Source: a virus (lineage: Duplodnaviria; Caudoviricetes). From it: 64,000 bases of DNA. How positions within the stretch are numbered: the first letter of the stretch is position 1; the number at the start of each line of letters is the position of its first letter. Shown here piece by piece: positions 18,834 through 27,964 of the stretch. The stretch is from IMG/VR virus record IMGVR_UViG_3300028596_000001. The stretch is one strand, 5' to 3'. A program made the position numbers and the translations under genes. Below the pieces are notes generated by a model that saw only the letters and a list, made by a program, of their open reading frames with translations, had not been told where the DNA came from and did not search any database.

Positions 18834-21617
18834 ATGTTTGATTTGTTTTCGGTAAAGGTAAAACAAACAGGTAATTATGTTCATATCACCGGCGTGCCAT
18901 TCAACCTTTTCCAAGTCGACATCGGTAAACTATACAATACTTCCCTAGTTACCAAATGGATGATTCGGCGTGAATCGTGGAACACTATCAAGGTCCACAA
19001 CTTCTTTCTGGTCGAACTCAAAGAGATCCTGAAAGAACTCCTGATGATGTCTAATCTCAGGAGCCGGAGACGAGATCTTAATGATCTTAAATTGCTCCTA
19101 GAATCAGAGACTTGGTTAAAGGATACTGTGAACCCAGTAGGAAGAACCTTTGACTTTAAGAAGCTGAGCCGGTTCAACACCACTCTGTTCCCCAAGCAAC
19201 GCGAGTTCCTGGAACAGTACCCGATTATCGTCAGCAGCTACCACTTGAAAGGTTTGTTGCTGGATAGCGCGGTAGGTAGTGGTAAGGCAATGCCCTACAG
19301 CACGCCAGTGAAGGTTCCTGGCGGCTGGAGTACACTTGGCGAACTCAGTGTAGCGGATAAGGTGATCGGTCCTCAGGGGAACGTTGCGGAGGTTACAGCG
19401 ATATACCCACAGGGTGTAACCGATTGCTACAAGTTCCTCTTCGAAGACGGACGGGTAGCCGAGTCTCACCCATTGCACCAATGGGAAGTTTACGAAGACA
19501 ACCAAGGTGAGTCTTACGTTACTACTACCCAAGACATCATCAACCACTTCAACGAGTTCGAGTACTCCATTCCTTTGGTCGGTCGGATCAGTGGTGTGGA
19601 AGCACGTCTCAGTGAAGAAGAGTTGGCTAGCGCAGCCATAGGCTTGCTGAGCGGTGACCTGGAGGTACGTGGGGTAGTAGAAGAACTCCACTACGAAGAC
19701 CGCCTGGAAATCGTCCACATCATGATGGAGTACGAGGGCGGGACTTACAGTGAAACCGGCGTTACCTTCCTCACCAAGAAAGAGGTAGCGGCAGATAACC
19801 TACAGCAGTTGATCTGGAGTCTGGGTGGTATTGCCTTTAAACAAGGTGACGGTACTTACACTGTTGATATCAAACAACGTGACATCCGTAACCACGGTAA
19901 TATCGTAAGCGACACGATTATCCAGAACACCAAAAGCCTGAAGATTATCGGCATTACCAAAGAGGCTCCTGTAGAGACACTGTGTATCTCCATCGACAGC
20001 GAAGATTGCTTGTACATCGTCGACAACTGGGTAGTCACCCACAACACCTTTACCGCCATCTGCTGGGCCGAGCTGGTCACAGATAACAAGAAGATCGTGG
20101 TGTGCCCGCTCAACATCGTCGAGAAGGTCTGGGTTACCGAATTGCACAAGCATTACAAGAACCCTCCACGTATTTGGCGAAGCGACGGCAACCGTGCACT
20201 GACCGCCGACTATGACTGGTATATCGTGCATTACGACTACCTACAACGAGAAGGGTACGAAATACTCAAACGCTTCCTGGAGAACCTCAAGGCAAAACCG
20301 GTTTGCATCATCGATGAATCTCACAACATGAATGAGATCAAGGCCAAGCGTACCCAACGCATGATTGAACTGGCCGATGCGAACGTATTCCAAGATATGT
20401 TGCCTATGTCTGGAACCGCCCTGAAGGCTCAAGGTAGCGAGATCTTCCCAATCGTGTGCATGATTGACAGACACTTCGATCGGGTCGCCAGAGAGTTCTT
20501 TATGGCCTCCTATGGCCGTAATAGACCAGCATTGATCAAGTTGTTGGAACACCGTATCGGTCGTGGCAAGTTTACCATCCCCGAACTCAAAGGTTTGGGC
20601 AAGCCGCCACCCTTCGAGATCATCAAGATCAAGGTACCTGGAGCAGAACGCTTTACGTTGGACGCCATTCGTTTGCAAATGCAGACGTACATCAACGACC
20701 GGCTAGCCTTCTACCACAAGAACCTACCAGAGATGATCAGGTTCTACCAAGACACTGTCGAGGCCTATGCCAAAAGTGTTAAGGACCAAAAGAAAGAAAC
20801 CCAAGAGTTGCTGCGTTATAAAGAGATCGTCAACAGATTCAGGAGCAAGGGCTACAACAACTTCACTGACTCTAGCGATAGCATCTTTTGTAAGTCCGTG
20901 GAAGAACGGATTGAAAAGCGCCTCAAGGGTAAAGAGCTGGCTGATTTCCGTAACGTTAAGTCTGCGGTTAAATACCTCGGTCTGAAACTGCGCGGGGAAG
21001 CCCTGGGTAACGTTCTTGGTAAGGCCCGGATTGACGCAATCAAATCCATGATTGAGTTCGCTGGGTTGCCGGAGATGATCAACAACGTGGAGAAGAAGAC
21101 GCTGATCTTCACCAGTTACGTTGAGGCGCTCCAGCTTACCGAAAACTACCTGACAGCCCAAGGCTTTAAACCTGTTACCGTCTATGGGGAAAACAACCAT
21201 GAGCGTGAGGCTACTGTTAAGCGGTTTGAGTTGGAGCCAGATGTAAACCCGCTCTCCTCGACTTACAAAAGCCTTAAAGAAGGTTATCCGCTAATCATGG
21301 CTAACCAGCTAATCTCCCTGGACGCCCCTTTCCGGGATTACGAGATTCAACAAGTGCAAGGTCGGATTTGGCGTACAGGCCAAGACGCCCAGTGCTTCTT
21401 CAAGATGCTCGACATGGATACCGGTGACAAACTGAACATCACCACTCGTAGTCTGGATATCTTGAGCTGGAGTAAAGAGCAAGTTGATTTGCTTCTCGGA
21501 CGTGTTGAAGGGCACGCCATCTTGAACAACATCACCGGACAGGAGATGTGGGACATGGGCTTTGAACCAGCTACCCGACCAATTAAAGCCACTGGGACAG
21601 CAATGGCTGTTTTCTAA
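18834..21617 (+). CDS. SF2 (SNF2/DEAD-like) helicase with intein
   Basis: DSAVGSGK|T motif I split by intein; IIDESH motif II; MSGT motif III; QVQGRIWRTGQ motif VI; start at MFDLF (AAGGA RBS). Confidence 0.9.
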   Translation: MFDLFSVKVKQTGNYVHITGVPFNLFQVDIGKLYNTSLVTKWMIRRESWNTIKVHNFFLVELKEILKELLMMSNLRSRRRDLNDLKLLLESETWLKDTVNPVGRTFDFKKLSRFNTTLFPKQREFLEQYPIIVSSYHLKGLLLDSAVGSGKAMPYSTPVKVPGGWSTLGELSVADKVIGPQGNVAEVTAIYPQGVTDCYKFLFEDGRVAESHPLHQWEVYEDNQGESYVTTTQDIINHFNEFEYSIPLVGRISGVEARLSEEELASAAIGLLSGDLEVRGVVEELHYEDRLEIVHIMMEYEGGTYSETGVTFLTKKEVAADNLQQLIWSLGGIAFKQGDGTYTVDIKQRDIRNHGNIVSDTIIQNTKSLKIIGITKEAPVETLCISIDSEDCLYIVDNWVVTHNTFTAICWAELVTDNKKIVVCPLNIVEKVWVTELHKHYKNPPRIWRSDGNRALTADYDWYIVHYDYLQREGYEILKRFLENLKAKPVCIIDESHNMNEIKAKRTQRMIELADANVFQDMLPMSGTALKAQGSEIFPIVCMIDRHFDRVAREFFMASYGRNRPALIKLLEHRIGRGKFTIPELKGLGKPPPFEIIKIKVPGAERFTLDAIRLQMQTYINDRLAFYHKNLPEMIRFYQDTVEAYAKSVKDQKKETQELLRYKEIVNRFRSKGYNNFTDSSDSIFCKSVEERIEKRLKGKELADFRNVKSAVKYLGLKLRGEALGNVLGKARIDAIKSMIEFAGLPEMINNVEKKTLIFTSYVEALQLTENYLTAQGFKPVTVYGENNHEREATVKRFELEPDVNPLSSTYKSLKEGYPLIMANQLISLDAPFRDYEIQQVQGRIWRTGQDAQCFFKMLDMDTGDKLNITTRSLDILSWSKEQVDLLLGRVEGHAILNNITGQEMWDMGFEPATRPIKATGTAMAVF
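19287..20045 (+). mobile_element. Class 3 (Ala1, W-C-T) intein, 253 aa, with degenerate LAGLIDADG region
   Basis: Starts AMPYSTPV; block B HPLHQW; block F TLCISID; ends VTHN|T; in frame in Walker A. Confidence 0.9.
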
Positions 21618-21637
21618 CCACAACTGGAGTTAAAAGA

Positions 21638-22723
21638 ATGACTGACGTAATGGCCCTTGTAGAAGGCTACGAAGGATACATCGATCCAGAACATTTTGAA
21701 CATGTGATGGATGGTGTTATCGACACGGTTGCTGGCGCTGAAAGTCTGAACGGGACTTACACTTGGGCGCAGAACTACCTGTACGGCTGCCTGGACGCCT
21801 CGGATGTCCTGAAAGAGCAGAAGATCGGTGGTATGGAAAACATGATCACCGACGGCCTGAAGGCCATGTGGGATTACATCGTCAGACTGTTCAAGAACAT
21901 CTGGGGCTTCTTCTTTGGTAGCGGCGATGATAGCGCTGGCGGTAGTGTTGCCAAAGCCGAGAAGAAAGTTAAGGAAAACAAAGCAGAGCTCGAAGAAACC
22001 GTTGCTCCGAAAAACGAAGAGCAAGTCAAGAAAGCAACTGGCCGAATCAAGGCTAAAGCGGCAAAGATCAAAAACGATCCTAAAGCCTCTAGCGCAGATA
22101 AGGCCAAGGCCGAGAAGATCCATCAGCGTATCGTCGATTCCGCTACCGGCAAAGGCAACGAGCCAAAAGGCGCTGCAATGCGGGAGATGTTGGTAGAACT
22201 GGCTACTGCTACCCAGGAAGCAGATACTCAGAAGCTGCAGGGTGCTCTTGATGGTCTCGATGCCCGAGTCAAGACCATTATCAAGATGTATACCGTCGGT
22301 AGCAAAACCGACCACGCCGGTGAAGTTAAAGATACCCAACTGGCTATGAAGTACCAAGGGGAACGTAATACCCTCGGTGAAACCTTCCAGCGTCTGATGG
22401 ATAGCTCAGGGTACAAGGCTTTGATGAAAGCGTCTACCCTGGACCAGCTGCTTGCAGGGCAGAAAGAAATCCTGACCATGCTGGAAACAGCCAAAGCTAA
22501 TAATGAGTACTATAAACGTCAGAAGAATGACGCTGACCGCGAAGTAGGTGCTTTGAAATCTTTGATGTCAATCGGCACCCCTAGCGAAGAACTCAAGCAG
22601 AAGCTCCGCGAAATGAAAACTTGGGGTAGCTTGATCTTCTCCGCCAAGCAACAAATGGAACTGTACGTCAAAGCCTGTGAAAAGGTTAGCGACGCACTTA
22701 ACGTTTACGCAGGCGTGAAATAA
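21638..22723 (+). CDS. Internal head protein, paralog B
   Basis: GYE/GAES/GMEN motifs, then MWDYIVRLFKNIWGFFFGSGD; clearly homologous to 15671..16816. Confidence 0.7.
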   Translation: MTDVMALVEGYEGYIDPEHFEHVMDGVIDTVAGAESLNGTYTWAQNYLYGCLDASDVLKEQKIGGMENMITDGLKAMWDYIVRLFKNIWGFFFGSGDDSAGGSVAKAEKKVKENKAELEETVAPKNEEQVKKATGRIKAKAAKIKNDPKASSADKAKAEKIHQRIVDSATGKGNEPKGAAMREMLVELATATQEADTQKLQGALDGLDARVKTIIKMYTVGSKTDHAGEVKDTQLAMKYQGERNTLGETFQRLMDSSGYKALMKASTLDQLLAGQKEILTMLETAKANNEYYKRQKNDADREVGALKSLMSIGTPSEELKQKLREMKTWGSLIFSAKQQMELYVKACEKVSDALNVYAGVK

Positions 22724-22738
22724 AAAAAAAATAGTCAG

Positions 22739-22778
22739 GTAAACCTACCTCTAGCCCTAGGGCTAGAGGTAGGTTTAC
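22739..22778. terminator. Bidirectional hairpin, 19-bp arms
   Basis: gtaaacctacctctagccc-ta-gggctagaggtaggtttac; A10 run at 22722-22731 is the U-tract for the minus strand. Confidence 0.85.
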
Positions 22779-22945
22779 TTGTCTGGATGTTTCTTAAACG
22801 CGCTTACCAAAGCAGCGTATTGCTTTACTTGAGCTTCCACCAAATAGACTAAATCTTTGTCTGAATTGGGTGACAACTTAGCGCGATGATCGAGAGCCTC
22901 TTCCATGTGATGGACTGCTTCCTCGTAAGTCATACGCCTTCTCAC
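22775..22945 (-). CDS. Small protein (56 aa from GTG; MTYEEAVHH...HPDK), absent from ORF track
   Basis: AAGGAG RBS, open frame to TAA at 22775, fills gap in leftward operon. Confidence 0.6.
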   Translation of the reverse strand: MRRRMTYEEAVHHMEEALDHRAKLSPNSDKDLVYLVEAQVKQYAALVSAFKKHPDK

Positions 22946-22962
22946 AACAGTCTCCTTGCTTT

Positions 22963-23307
22963 TTAAGCGACAGTGACTTTGTCGATGCTGCGTTGCAGGA
23001 TTTCCACGCTCACCACGCGACCTTGCAGAGGACCCGATGCAAAAGACTCCAGGTCCCTCATCAGTTTGGCCGCTCTGATAACCCCGGCGATGTCGGTGGA
23101 ATAGATAACGAAATCTTCTTCCTTGGCGGTGTCACTCACGGTCACCCAAAACGAGTGATCGAATTTATCTGGGGCAAACGTTTCAACACCTTCGGGAATA
23201 ACCCCCAGTGCATTGAGGTCTTCAATAAGACCGATGAAGGTGGTGCCTTGAACCAGAACACCAACCATTTTCTTACGACGCTGCTCTGCTCTGCTTCTGA
23301 ACATCAT
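22963..23307 (-). CDS. Hypothetical early protein
   Basis: ATGA overlap with upstream gene, GAGGAG RBS. Confidence 0.65.
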   Translation of the reverse strand: MMFRSRAEQRRKKMVGVLVQGTTFIGLIEDLNALGVIPEGVETFAPDKFDHSFWVTVSDTAKEEDFVIYSTDIAGVIRAAKLMRDLESFASGPLQGRVVSVEILQRSIDKVTVA

Positions 23308-23651
23308 TCCTCTCCTTTATTAAGCGTTACTTTGGACAGCCCGTTTATATTGATGGTCAAACCACCGTTAAAGTCTGTACCCATAGTGCCACTACGGCTC
23401 CATGCGATGTACTTCGTACAGAAGGTGTAAGGCTCTTTTAACTTATCAGTTAATTTAAGCGCTTCATCGGTTACCTTCAAATACTTCTTGTAGATAACCA
23501 TGCCAGCCTTACGTGCTACAGATCCTACAACAGCATCAGGGTGTTTAGCCCTGTATGCGTTGTATTCGTCCATGATCTCTTCAGATTCCTTTAAAAGTTT
23601 CTGGATCTTGGCACGGATCTGGCGTTCGGCGAAATCAATTACGACGCCCAT
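23304..23651 (-). CDS. Hypothetical early protein (N-terminal VVIDF motif)
   Basis: 115 aa in packed operon. Confidence 0.65.
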   Translation of the reverse strand: MGVVIDFAERQIRAKIQKLLKESEEIMDEYNAYRAKHPDAVVGSVARKAGMVIYKKYLKVTDEALKLTDKLKEPYTFCTKYIAWSRSGTMGTDFNGGLTININGLSKVTLNKGEE

Positions 23652-23659
23652 AGAGACAC

Positions 23660-23857
23660 CTACAGTTCGAATTCCACTTCGAGAGCTTCGATCAGTTCTT
23701 CGAAGCCATCACACGGATCGGTCAACAGTTCGTCGTGATCCCAGGCTTGCCACTTGTCAGCGGTTGGATCGAAATCCAGACTGAGGGGGATGTGGTCTTC
23801 GCGAGCACGATCTTGAATTGCTTTGAAACGATCTTCCAACGATTTCTTATTACTCAC
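23660..23857 (-). CDS. Small acidic hypothetical protein
   Basis: 65 aa in packed operon. Confidence 0.6.
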   Translation of the reverse strand: MSNKKSLEDRFKAIQDRAREDHIPLSLDFDPTADKWQAWDHDELLTDPCDGFEELIEALEVEFEL

Positions 23858-23869
23858 ATCAATTACTCC

Positions 23870-24214
23870 TTAGCTAGCTTTCTTCATAGCGGAATTAACC
23901 AACGGGCTATTCCAGTTAGCGTCTTCGGTCATGAGTTTAAGCAGTGACGGACTGGCCTTAACCAGCGGGTTCATGTCCACCTCAAATCGCCCACCTTTGC
24001 GGACATGCAACACACCCAACTGGAAACCGAGTTCCGTGCTACTGAACTCAATGAAGTCACCTTCGTTACAGTAGTTGATTGCCAGTTGCAACATGCGAGG
24101 CATCGCGGTGTCGAAGTAACTATAGCGACGAACCATGATTACTTCCTTGGACTTGCCACGAGTCATTGTGGCAACAACACGACGCTTCACAGGGTTGTTA
24201 ATTGCTTTACTCAT
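23870..24214 (-). CDS. Hypothetical protein
   Basis: 114 aa in packed operon. Confidence 0.65.
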   Translation of the reverse strand: MSKAINNPVKRRVVATMTRGKSKEVIMVRRYSYFDTAMPRMLQLAINYCNEGDFIEFSSTELGFQLGVLHVRKGGRFEVDMNPLVKASPSLLKLMTEDANWNSPLVNSAMKKAS

Positions 24215-24264
24215 ACCGAATACCTTACTATAATGTACAAAGGAAAAGTCCCGAAGGACCAGAT

Positions 24265-24546
24265 TTATTTCTGACGCTTGAACAGCGACTTAACGATCCG
24301 CCACCAGGTAGGCTTGTTTATCTTTTCGCGGCACTCGTCGGCAATCGTGCGGTAAGGCTGGATGATCTTGTCAAGGAAATCGGCCTTCTCACGCAACTCC
24401 TTGGCTCGCTCCCAATCCGACGTGTCCCTGGTATATCGTGATTCACGATCGTTGGCTTCAGCACGCAGTTCTTTGATTTCGACCTCTACCGGACCAATGA
24501 TAGAGTTCATCAGTTCCAATCGATCACGCCATACTGCACGACTCAC
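24265..24546 (-). CDS. Hypothetical coiled-coil protein
   Basis: 93 aa, GTGA overlap with upstream gene. Confidence 0.6.
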   Translation of the reverse strand: MSRAVWRDRLELMNSIIGPVEVEIKELRAEANDRESRYTRDTSDWERAKELREKADFLDKIIQPYRTIADECREKINKPTWWRIVKSLFKRQK

Positions 24547-24755
24547 CGCATGATCCCCAGCTTACGAGAACGCTCTGCCACTTCCATCTTCAATTCCAGC
24601 GAGCGAATAACCGCACGCTCACGCTCACGGACACTGGGCGAAGTATGGAGCAGACGATCGCACTCAGCAATTTGCCGTTTAAGCGATTCGATGGTTTGCA
24701 GTTCACCGATATTGCGGCGACGTTTGAAAGCTACGAAATCTACTACTTGACCCAT
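24543..24755 (-). CDS. Small coiled-coil protein (N-terminal VVDF motif)
   Basis: 70 aa, GGAG RBS. Confidence 0.6.
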   Translation of the reverse strand: MGQVVDFVAFKRRRNIGELQTIESLKRQIAECDRLLHTSPSVRERERAVIRSLELKMEVAERSRKLGIMR

Positions 24756-24767
24756 GGCACTACTCCG

Positions 24768-25070
24768 TTAGATAGAACTGCATGGGGTGAAGTCGTCATG
24801 GAACGCGTATTCCCCCAGCAAGGTTTCAAGAGCACTGATAACACCGTTGCCTTCAGCTACAGCCAGATCAGCAATCTGTTTAAGTCGCTCGTGGTCCTTG
24901 GCAATCACCTGGATGTTCTCCCAGTGAACCAGCGCTGCTTTCTGGGAGTTGATAGTTACCCAGATAAGATCAGCGATCACCGCGTTAGGTAGTTCACCGT
25001 ATTCAGTGAGCTTCCTGTTTACCAACCGTTTGGCCTTAGCACGCCAAAAGTCCAGAACTTTAGCAGTCAT
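24768..25070 (-). CDS. Hypothetical protein (N-terminal VLDF motif)
   Basis: 100 aa, GAGGA RBS. Confidence 0.6.
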   Translation of the reverse strand: MTAKVLDFWRAKAKRLVNRKLTEYGELPNAVIADLIWVTINSQKAALVHWENIQVIAKDHERLKQIADLAVAEGNGVISALETLLGEYAFHDDFTPCSSI

Positions 25071-25362
25071 GGTCTTTCCTCATCCACGGACAACTCGGAG
25101 CAATATAAGCCTGGGGGTATTTGTCCCAGAACTCACCCTTTACTTCATCGGCACGATTAATCAGTGCCTGGGCTTGCTGATGTAGCGCAGAAGCCATTGC
25201 AGGGGTACTACAGCACGCGCTCCTTGCGAACAACAGATTACCTTCACCAGTGAGTGCATAGACCTGGGAGGTCAACCGTGCGCGTTCACGTGCTTCTTCA
25301 ACTTTAACCGAATCCATCCCAACCAACTCCTTAAACGTAGTAGCGTTTGTGGTACATAGCAA
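25060..25362 (-). CDS. Hypothetical protein
   Basis: About 100 aa; start uncertain. Confidence 0.5.
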   Translation of the reverse strand: MLCTTNATTFKELVGMDSVKVEEARERARLTSQVYALTGEGNLLFARSACCSTPAMASALHQQAQALINRADEVKGEFWDKYPQAYIAPSCPWMRKDHDC

Positions 25363-25579
25363 AATAAGTAAGATTGACTTCCATGCGACGCATGTTCATA
25401 TCTTTCTTAAGCGCGTCACCTTGCATCAAGAGAGCATGACGTTCAGCGGGATCAGTACACTCAGTAGATCGAATGTAGTAATCATGAACCCGGCTTGCAA
25501 ATTCTTCGGCGATTGCCAATTGGGTTTCAAACTTACCTTTCAGGATTTCGTATTCAGATTTCTGTTTACGGGCAGCCAT
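25331..25579 (-). CDS. Hypothetical helical protein
   Basis: 82 aa, AAGGA RBS. Confidence 0.6.
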   Translation of the reverse strand: MAARKQKSEYEILKGKFETQLAIAEEFASRVHDYYIRSTECTDPAERHALLMQGDALKKDMNMRRMEVNLTYFAMYHKRYYV

Positions 25580-25636
25580 GTTGTTTCCTTACCTAGCACA
25601 GTGGGGGAGGGAAAGCCTCCCCGAATTAATAAACGA

Positions 25637-25888
25637 TTACTTCATCTCGTCAAGTTGGCGCTGGAGCTCAGCGGCCTTCTTGAGTTCTTCCTGAGCAAAC
25701 CCGTTGGCGATAAACTTGTCCGCCTTGTTGTCAGACTTGTTGCCGACTTCGGTGTAGATCTCGGCTTGCTGTTTGTGCGTTTCAATTGCACGACGCAGAC
25801 TGATCATCTGCCCACGCTTGATAGAAGCAGTACGACGTTCAGCTTTACGAGCCAGTTCGAGATCGTTGATACCGGTTACTTTGCACAT
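25637..25888 (-). CDS. Small helical early protein
   Basis: Start moved to MCKVTG (AGGAG RBS), just downstream of early promoter. Confidence 0.65.
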   Translation of the reverse strand: MCKVTGINDLELARKAERRTASIKRGQMISLRRAIETHKQQAEIYTEVGNKSDNKADKFIANGFAQEELKKAAELQRQLDEMK

Positions 25889-25947
25889 GGTGTTACTCCT
25901 GTTGGTGTGTGGGTAGTTTAAACAAACTACCATTACGTGTCAACAGG

Positions 25948-25962
25948 GTAATATAGGTTTCA
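25948..25962 (-). promoter_or_regulatory. Early promoter motif (TGAAACCTATATTAC)
   Basis: Exact TATATTAC core with conserved flank. Confidence 0.7.
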
Positions 25963-25975
25963 AAGTACCTAGAAG

Positions 25976-26212
25976 TTAACGTGGCCTGTTCCAGATAGCA
26001 CGGTACTCATTGAGCAGATCAGTCGCTGCGCTACGACAACCTTCCGCCAAGAACAAGTAGTGTTTGCGTTTGCGTGGGTGCCACCAATAACGTTTAGCCA
26101 TCTCCAAATTGACCATAGCCAACCCTTGGTGATGCGCGATGAAACCAGAAAGCTCTGCACGATAAGCCTTGGTTTCCTTAGTACCTATTGCAGTAACCTT
26201 TTCCATAGTCAT
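25976..26212 (-). CDS. Hypothetical protein
   Basis: 78 aa, AAGGA RBS. Confidence 0.6.
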   Translation of the reverse strand: MTMEKVTAIGTKETKAYRAELSGFIAHHQGLAMVNLEMAKRYWWHPRKRKHYLFLAEGCRSAATDLLNEYRAIWNRPR

Positions 26213-26255
26213 CCTTAAATGCGTTCAAACCTAGATAATAGTGACTCAGTGACAA

Positions 26256-26289
26256 TATACCCTATCCCGGTTTCCCGGGATAGGGTATA
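26256..26289. terminator. Hairpin, 15-bp stem
   Basis: tataccctatcccgg-tttc-ccgggatagggtata downstream of kelch gene. Confidence 0.8.
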
Positions 26290-26293
26290 GAGA

Positions 26294-27223
26294 TTATGCA
26301 AATTTGATAGAGTCAGACAAACCGTTAGCACCACGGATCCCGGAGAAGTAATAGATAGTAGTACCTATCGCCGCAGACCCTCCGAAGCCCCGCATGATTC
26401 CAGCATTAGCACCCCATTCTTCCCAGGTGTTTTTATCTGGATCGTACCGGTAGCACTTCTCGTTACTTACCGCCGGTGTCTTAAATCCGAACAGACTAAC
26501 CAGATAACCACGGAAGCTGTGGAACGATCGTCTGCAACCAAAAGCAACCGGTGGCGGTTCCTTAGCCACTAACTCCAGTGACATCGGATCGAATTGATAA
26601 AGCTCCTTTTGGTAAACGCTTGAACGACGCCCTCCCAAAATGTAGATCTTTCCTTTATGGGCAACCACCCCACAATCCAATCGTCCTGAGATAGGAAGTC
26701 CGAGCGCTGCCCACGTATTGGTAACCGGGTCATAAACGTGGTTAACGAATGACGTCGGAGTTTCTTGATCTCCGGAGGCAGCAACAATCCCACTGAAATA
26801 ATACAACTTGCCGTTGACCACACAACCGTCACCATGTCGATGTGGTACGGGGCATGGAGCTAACGTTTCCCACAGCCCTGTTGCAAAGTCATAGCTTTCC
26901 AGAAGCCCAGTAACCGCAGTAGTGTTACCGAGGGTCCCAGCACAGATATAAAGCTTGCTACCGAGCATCAAGGAAGTGTGGCCCATTCGCCCCTGACGTA
27001 GTGAACGAGTGCTGCCCCAAGTGTTGGTAACTGGGTTATAAGTAGCAAAAGTGCTAAGAGGTGCTCCTCCCCCGTACCCACCAATCCAATGCGCCTCACC
27101 ACCATAAGCAATTGCGTCGTGGTGAAACCCGTACGCTAAACCGGCGATACCAGTCCACGTCATTCCAGAGATGTCTGGTTTTTCTGCCGAACCGCCGGAA
27201 CTAGGAACCATTAGCTCTAACAT
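26294..27223 (-). CDS. Kelch-repeat beta-propeller protein (putative virion appendage)
   Basis: About six repeats: KLYICAG/KLYYFSG/KIYILGG ... YDPVTNTW. Confidence 0.85.
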   Translation of the reverse strand: MLELMVPSSGGSAEKPDISGMTWTGIAGLAYGFHHDAIAYGGEAHWIGGYGGGAPLSTFATYNPVTNTWGSTRSLRQGRMGHTSLMLGSKLYICAGTLGNTTAVTGLLESYDFATGLWETLAPCPVPHRHGDGCVVNGKLYYFSGIVAASGDQETPTSFVNHVYDPVTNTWAALGLPISGRLDCGVVAHKGKIYILGGRRSSVYQKELYQFDPMSLELVAKEPPPVAFGCRRSFHSFRGYLVSLFGFKTPAVSNEKCYRYDPDKNTWEEWGANAGIMRGFGGSAAIGTTIYYFSGIRGANGLSDSIKFA

Positions 27224-27237
27224 AATCGAATTCTCTT

Positions 27238-27855
27238 TTACACTTCAATTAGAATAGGTCTCCACCCAGCGTTAGTGTTACCGATGCTTTTGGTGGATAC
27301 CGAGATGCCAGTCGGACCAGTGTAACCGCGGTTAACGCAGTAGGAACCGGATTGTTTAGACGTTTCCCTACAGTAGTTAGACCGTCCCTGTGAGTTAGCT
27401 GTGCTGTCGATACCTAATTCCGCATTTGTGAAGTTAGCGTATATAGGGCCTGTATACGTGACATCCCTATTAGCAGCTACCGAATAAATGAGGTCGTTCC
27501 ATTCCCCGCCAGCAGTATCACTAGGGTCAGCTACCGCCCCGGTCATAAGGCGGATCAAATAAGTTTTACCACCTATGTTTACGTTACGACCAAACACCAG
27601 GTTTAGGTTGTTTAACGCGACCCAAGAGAAGCTAGTGCGACAAGGCTTCTGTGGAACCCAGACTGTCTTCCCATTTACAGTAAACTGCATCCATGGCGAA
27701 GCAGCGTTTATAACAGTACCTGCGGACAACCCAACCGCTGTAGCGAGATCAGCATAAGTAATGAATTCTTCTGGGTTTACTAAACCATTAAAACCTTCTA
27801 CCCCTGGATCTACACCAGAGGATGCTCCCGCATTTGAAAGATGCAATTCTAGCAT
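27238..27855 (-). CDS. Virion structural protein, phiKZ gp131-like paralog family
   Basis: FITYADLA..GL..G..WMQF..GK...PQKP.R..SW; C-terminal GWRPILIEV; start at MLELHL. Confidence 0.7.
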   Translation of the reverse strand: MLELHLSNAGASSGVDPGVEGFNGLVNPEEFITYADLATAVGLSAGTVINAASPWMQFTVNGKTVWVPQKPCRTSFSWVALNNLNLVFGRNVNIGGKTYLIRLMTGAVADPSDTAGGEWNDLIYSVAANRDVTYTGPIYANFTNAELGIDSTANSQGRSNYCRETSKQSGSYCVNRGYTGPTGISVSTKSIGNTNAGWRPILIEV

Positions 27856-27964
27856 AATCCTACCCAATTATCCGTTTAGGGTTAATACATAAAATTTACT
27901 GCGGCCCCTATTCTATTTTTATTGATTTTATGCCCTCACCAAAGTACACTTTCAAGGACCACCT

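Noticed and set aside
22722-22731. A10 run as frameshift or phase-variation site
   Set aside because: Lies after the stop codon and serves as the U-tract of the minus-strand terminator.
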